From NCBI GenBank assembly GCA_963706795.1, contig OY970170.1, positions 720,001-752,000 of the forward strand: 32,000 nucleotides of DNA, written 5' to 3'. The position numbers and the translations under genes were made by a program. This document shows positions 29,421-32,000 of the stretch, one piece after another. The DNA comes from Candidatus Saccharimonadota bacterium. Lineage in GTDB: Bacteria > Patescibacteriota > Gracilibacteria > BD1-5 > UBA2023. The notes beneath the pieces are model-generated. The model worked only from the letters and a program-made list of their open reading frames with translations. It ran no database searches and was not told where the DNA came from. The number at the start of each line of letters is the position of its first letter. The first letter of the stretch is position 1.

Positions 29421-31214
29421 ATGCACAGATCTCATACCTGTGGTGAACTTACCACTGCTCACATTGGGCAAACCGTTACCCTCTCTGGTTGGGTGACAAA
29501 CCGCCGCGACCACGGAGGAGTCGTGTTTATCGATATGCGTGACCGCTACGGTATTACTCAGACAGTCTATGATCCAGCTGATGGTGCAGCAGATGGTACG
29601 ATGGAACTCGCACAGTCATACCGCGCTGAATACGTAGTTAAGATCACCGGACTCGTTCGCGCTCGCCCAGTTGGTCAGGAAAACGACAAACTCGTTACTG
29701 GTGGTATCGAGATCGCCGTGATGCAGGCAGAGATTCTTTCAGAGTCTAAGCTCCCTCCGTTTGAGATCGATACACACTCTCAGGCCAATGAAGAAGTACG
29801 TCTCAAACACCGCTACCTCGACCTTCGCCGTAAGCCAGTTCTCGAAACGATCGAATTCCGAGCTCGAATGAACCGATTCACACGAGACTGGTTCAGCGAC
29901 CGAGGATTCCTCGAGGTTCAGACTCCGATTTTCACGGCGTCATCTCCAGAAGGGGCTCGTGACTTCCTCATCCCATCACGACTTCATCACGGGAAATTCT
30001 ACGCGCTTCCACAGGCTCCACAGCAGTACAAGCAGCTCCTCATGGTGGGTGGGGTAGATAAGTATTTTCAGATTGCGCCGTGTTTCCGAGACGAAGATCC
30101 ACGCGCAGATCGACACTCGTGTGAATTCTACCAGATCGACTGTGAGATGAGTTTTGTAGAACAGGAAGACGTGTTTGCAGTGGCTGAACCATTCGCACTC
30201 GACCTCGTTACGACGATGACTCCACACAAGCACGTGAAGGCTGCGAAGTTCCCACGATATACGCATACAGAGGCGCTCGATCTTTTTGGATCAGATAAGC
30301 CAGATGTACGATTTGATATGCACTTTGAGGAGCTCAGTGAGGATTTCCGAGATTCTGGATTCTCAGTGTTCGCAGCAGCCGTTGCAGAAGGCGGAGTGGT
30401 GAAAGCGATGAAATACGAAGGATCAAAAGGGAAGGGGATCATGAGTCGATCTGAGATCGATGCACTCACAGCAACTGCTCAGGCAGAAGGAGCAAAGGGA
30501 CTCGCCTACATCATCTACGAAGCAGAAGGTCCACGCTCTCCGATCCTCAAGTTCTTCACGGGAGGTGAACTCGCAGCACTCGAGGCACGTTTTGCACCAC
30601 AGCCAGGAGATATGATCTTCTTCGGAGCTGGTGAGCGAAAACTCGTGAACAAGGTTCTCGGGAAGGTGCGTCTCGCGATGCGCGATACGTTCGATCTCGT
30701 AGACAAGAACGAACTCGCATTCGCTTGGATTACGGATTTCCCAATGTACGAGCTCAAGGACGATGGATCATACGACTTTGAACACAACCCATTCTCTATG
30801 CCACACGGCGGAGCAGCAGCGTTCAACGAAGGTGTTGACCCACTCTCGATCTACGGTTGTCAGTATGACCTCGCATGTAACGGGTACGAAGTCCTCTCAG
30901 GATCTATCCGCAACCACAATATCGCAGCACTCGTGAAGGCATTCGAGATCGTAGGAAAGGGAGAAGAAGAAGTGAAGGCAAAGTTCGGTGCGGTGTACAA
31001 TGCATTTCAGTACGGAGTTCCTCCACACGGAGGATTCGCGTTTGGATTCGACCGACTCCTCATGATCCTCAAGGATGAGACCAACATCCGTGAAATCTAC
31101 GCATTCCCAAAATCTGGAAAGGCCGAAGACACGATGATGGAAGCTCCAGCCGAGATCGACGACAAGCAACTCCGCGAACTCCACATCAAGGTGCGAGAGC
31201 ATCACGGAAAATAA
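29421..31214 (+). CDS. aspS: aspartate--tRNA ligase (bacterial type)
   Basis: MHRSHTCGELT...GWV..RRDHGGVVFIDMRDRYG (OB-fold N-terminal domain). Class II motifs: FRDEDPRADR and GGFAFGFDRLLM. 597 aa from ATG 29421, no in-frame TGA, TAA stop. Confidence 0.95.
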   Translation: MHRSHTCGELTTAHIGQTVTLSGWVTNRRDHGGVVFIDMRDRYGITQTVYDPADGAADGTMELAQSYRAEYVVKITGLVRARPVGQENDKLVTGGIEIAVMQAEILSESKLPPFEIDTHSQANEEVRLKHRYLDLRRKPVLETIEFRARMNRFTRDWFSDRGFLEVQTPIFTASSPEGARDFLIPSRLHHGKFYALPQAPQQYKQLLMVGGVDKYFQIAPCFRDEDPRADRHSCEFYQIDCEMSFVEQEDVFAVAEPFALDLVTTMTPHKHVKAAKFPRYTHTEALDLFGSDKPDVRFDMHFEELSEDFRDSGFSVFAAAVAEGGVVKAMKYEGSKGKGIMSRSEIDALTATAQAEGAKGLAYIIYEAEGPRSPILKFFTGGELAALEARFAPQPGDMIFFGAGERKLVNKVLGKVRLAMRDTFDLVDKNELAFAWITDFPMYELKDDGSYDFEHNPFSMPHGGAAAFNEGVDPLSIYGCQYDLACNGYEVLSGSIRNHNIAALVKAFEIVGKGEEEVKAKFGAVYNAFQYGVPPHGGFAFGFDRLLMILKDETNIREIYAFPKSGKAEDTMMEAPAEIDDKQLRELHIKVREHHGK

Positions 31215-31215
31215 T

Positions 31216-31255
31216 AAAAACCCTCCGAAGCCCGAAAGAGCGAAGGAGGGTTTTT
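31216..31255 (+). terminator. rho-independent terminator of aspS
   Basis: aaaaaccctcc...ggagggttttt. Confidence 0.75.
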
Positions 31256-31301
31256 CGTGGATTTTTCTTTGGATGTGATTTCAAACCGATATAATGAGCA
31301 C

Positions 31302-31460
31302 ATGAAAATCCTCGAACAGACTTCGCGCAGTGTCACCGTAAAAATGTCAAAGACTCTCTTCGACAAAGTTTTGGCTATGCAAAAGCTAGAAGACGAACTC
31401 ACAAGCTACGAATTTCGTTTCGATACTCCTGTTTCCACCAAAGAATTGCTTTCAAAGTAA
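31302..31460 (+). CDS. putative antitoxin (small protein upstream of RelE-family toxin)
   Basis: Small ORF ending 9 nt before the toxin start. ATG 31302 is preferred, because the track start GTG 31257 abuts the 3' end of the aspS terminator. No family recognised; assigned by position only. Confidence 0.5.
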   Translation: MKILEQTSRSVTVKMSKTLFDKVLAMQKLEDELTSYEFRFDTPVSTKELLSK

Positions 31461-31469
31461 GACATAAGA

Positions 31470-31706
31470 ATGACACCTCAGTGGCGAAAATATATAGCGC
31501 GCCACCCCCAGAAGAACAAACTTCTGGAGATTATTATGAGGATTCAATCTGAAGATTTTGCAGGATTAGATCTAAAGAAACTCAAAGGTTTTGAGAATCT
31601 CTATCGGGTAAGACATGGAAGCATTCGCATCATTTTTATGAAAAAAGATGATGAAAATTACATCGTTGCGGTCGATACTCGATGAGATGTATATAAAAAA
31701 TTCTAA
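31470..31706 (+). CDS. type II toxin, RelE/ParE superfamily
   Basis: ...LKKLKGFENLYRVRHGSIRIIFMKKDDENYIVAVDTR[TGA]DVYKKF matches the RelE/StbE pattern (G..YR.R.G.YRII. ... R..VY). TGA 31683 is read as Gly and the true stop is TAA 31704. Confidence 0.75.
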
Positions 31707-32000
31707 CCCTCAAACACAAACTTCTCTCCAACCACAATCTCTCCAGCGAGTATCTTTTTAGCGATAGGATTTGAGACGAGATCATTGACGGCACGTTTCA
31801 TAGGGCGGGCTCAGAATTCGGGATCGAATCCTTCGTGCATGAGTTTGTTTGCGAGTCATGGAGCAAATTCGACGAGGAATCCTTCGTCTTGGAGACGGGA
31901 TTTAATGACCACGAGCTCCTTCTCGGCAATGAGTCGAACGAGAAATTCATCGAGTGGTCGGTAAAAGACAATCTCATCGATTCGACCCAAGAGCTCAGGC
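31703..32000 (-). CDS. Clp/Hsp100 AAA+ ATPase (ClpB/ClpC family), C-terminal fragment; 5' end off window
   Basis: Minus strand: PELLGRIDEIVFYRPL...GFDPEF[TGA]ARPMKRAVNDLVSNPIAKKILAGEI, giving the D2-small domain and the sensor-2 GARP motif. Stop TAG (cta at 31703-31705) overlaps the relE-like stop by 2 nt. Confidence 0.85.

Noticed and set aside
1-32000. Fragmented ORFs could mean a decaying genome full of pseudogenes or frameshift sequencing errors.
   Set aside because: The interruptions are exclusively TGA, are always in frame, and coincide with conserved Gly positions. TAA and TAG never interrupt the fused frames. Recoding explains all cases at once.
1-32000. TGA=Trp (genetic code 4, Mycoplasma/Spiroplasma-like).
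   Set aside because: The TGA positions fall in G-x-S-x-G, GARP, GPDGG and TPR G8 contexts, where Gly is invariant and Trp would be incompatible. TGG is also used normally for Trp in conserved contexts.

Overview
The standard-code ORF track is misleading for this window. Almost every gene is split at in-frame TGA codons, and these fall on conserved glycine positions: the G-x-S-x-G nucleophile elbow of a hydrolase, the GARP motif of a Clp ATPase, TPR position-8 glycines and the RelE C-terminus. I therefore read the window with genetic code 25 (TGA=Gly, Gracilibacteria/Absconditabacteria, candidate phyla radiation). Under that code the fragments fuse into about 30 intact genes.

Layout:
- 1-7.6 kb: small enzymes and regulators. 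These are an alpha/beta hydrolase, a beta-lactamase-family serine hydrolase, DUF1801-like, GFA and DUF1697 proteins, a MarR regulator and two lipoproteins.
- 7.8-13.2 kb: two large secreted proteins, an RlpA-like DPBB + CAP/SCP protein and a COG4880 beta-propeller protein.
- 13.46-22.64 kb: the centrepiece, a WapA-like RHS/YD-repeat polymorphic toxin locus. One 2035-aa gene carries a Sec signal, a LamG domain, YD repeats, the RHS core and toxin tip CT1. It is followed by a putative immunity gene and two orphan cassettes (RHS-core fragment + new toxin tip + immunity).
- 22.66-25.36 kb: a secreted TPR protein and three small membrane proteins.
- 25.38-27.73 kb: a tandem triplication of a self-contained transcription unit (TTGACA-N16-TAAACT promoter, GGAGGT RBS, roughly 205-aa predicted 4-TM protein (hydropathy by eye), near-identical terminator).
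- 27.77-29.10 kb (minus strand): a multipass membrane protein.
- 29.2-32.0 kb: a T-box-like leader in front of aspS, a RelE-family toxin-antitoxin pair, and the 3' end of a Clp/Hsp100 ATPase gene.

No rRNA, tRNA, CRISPR array or transposase was recognised.
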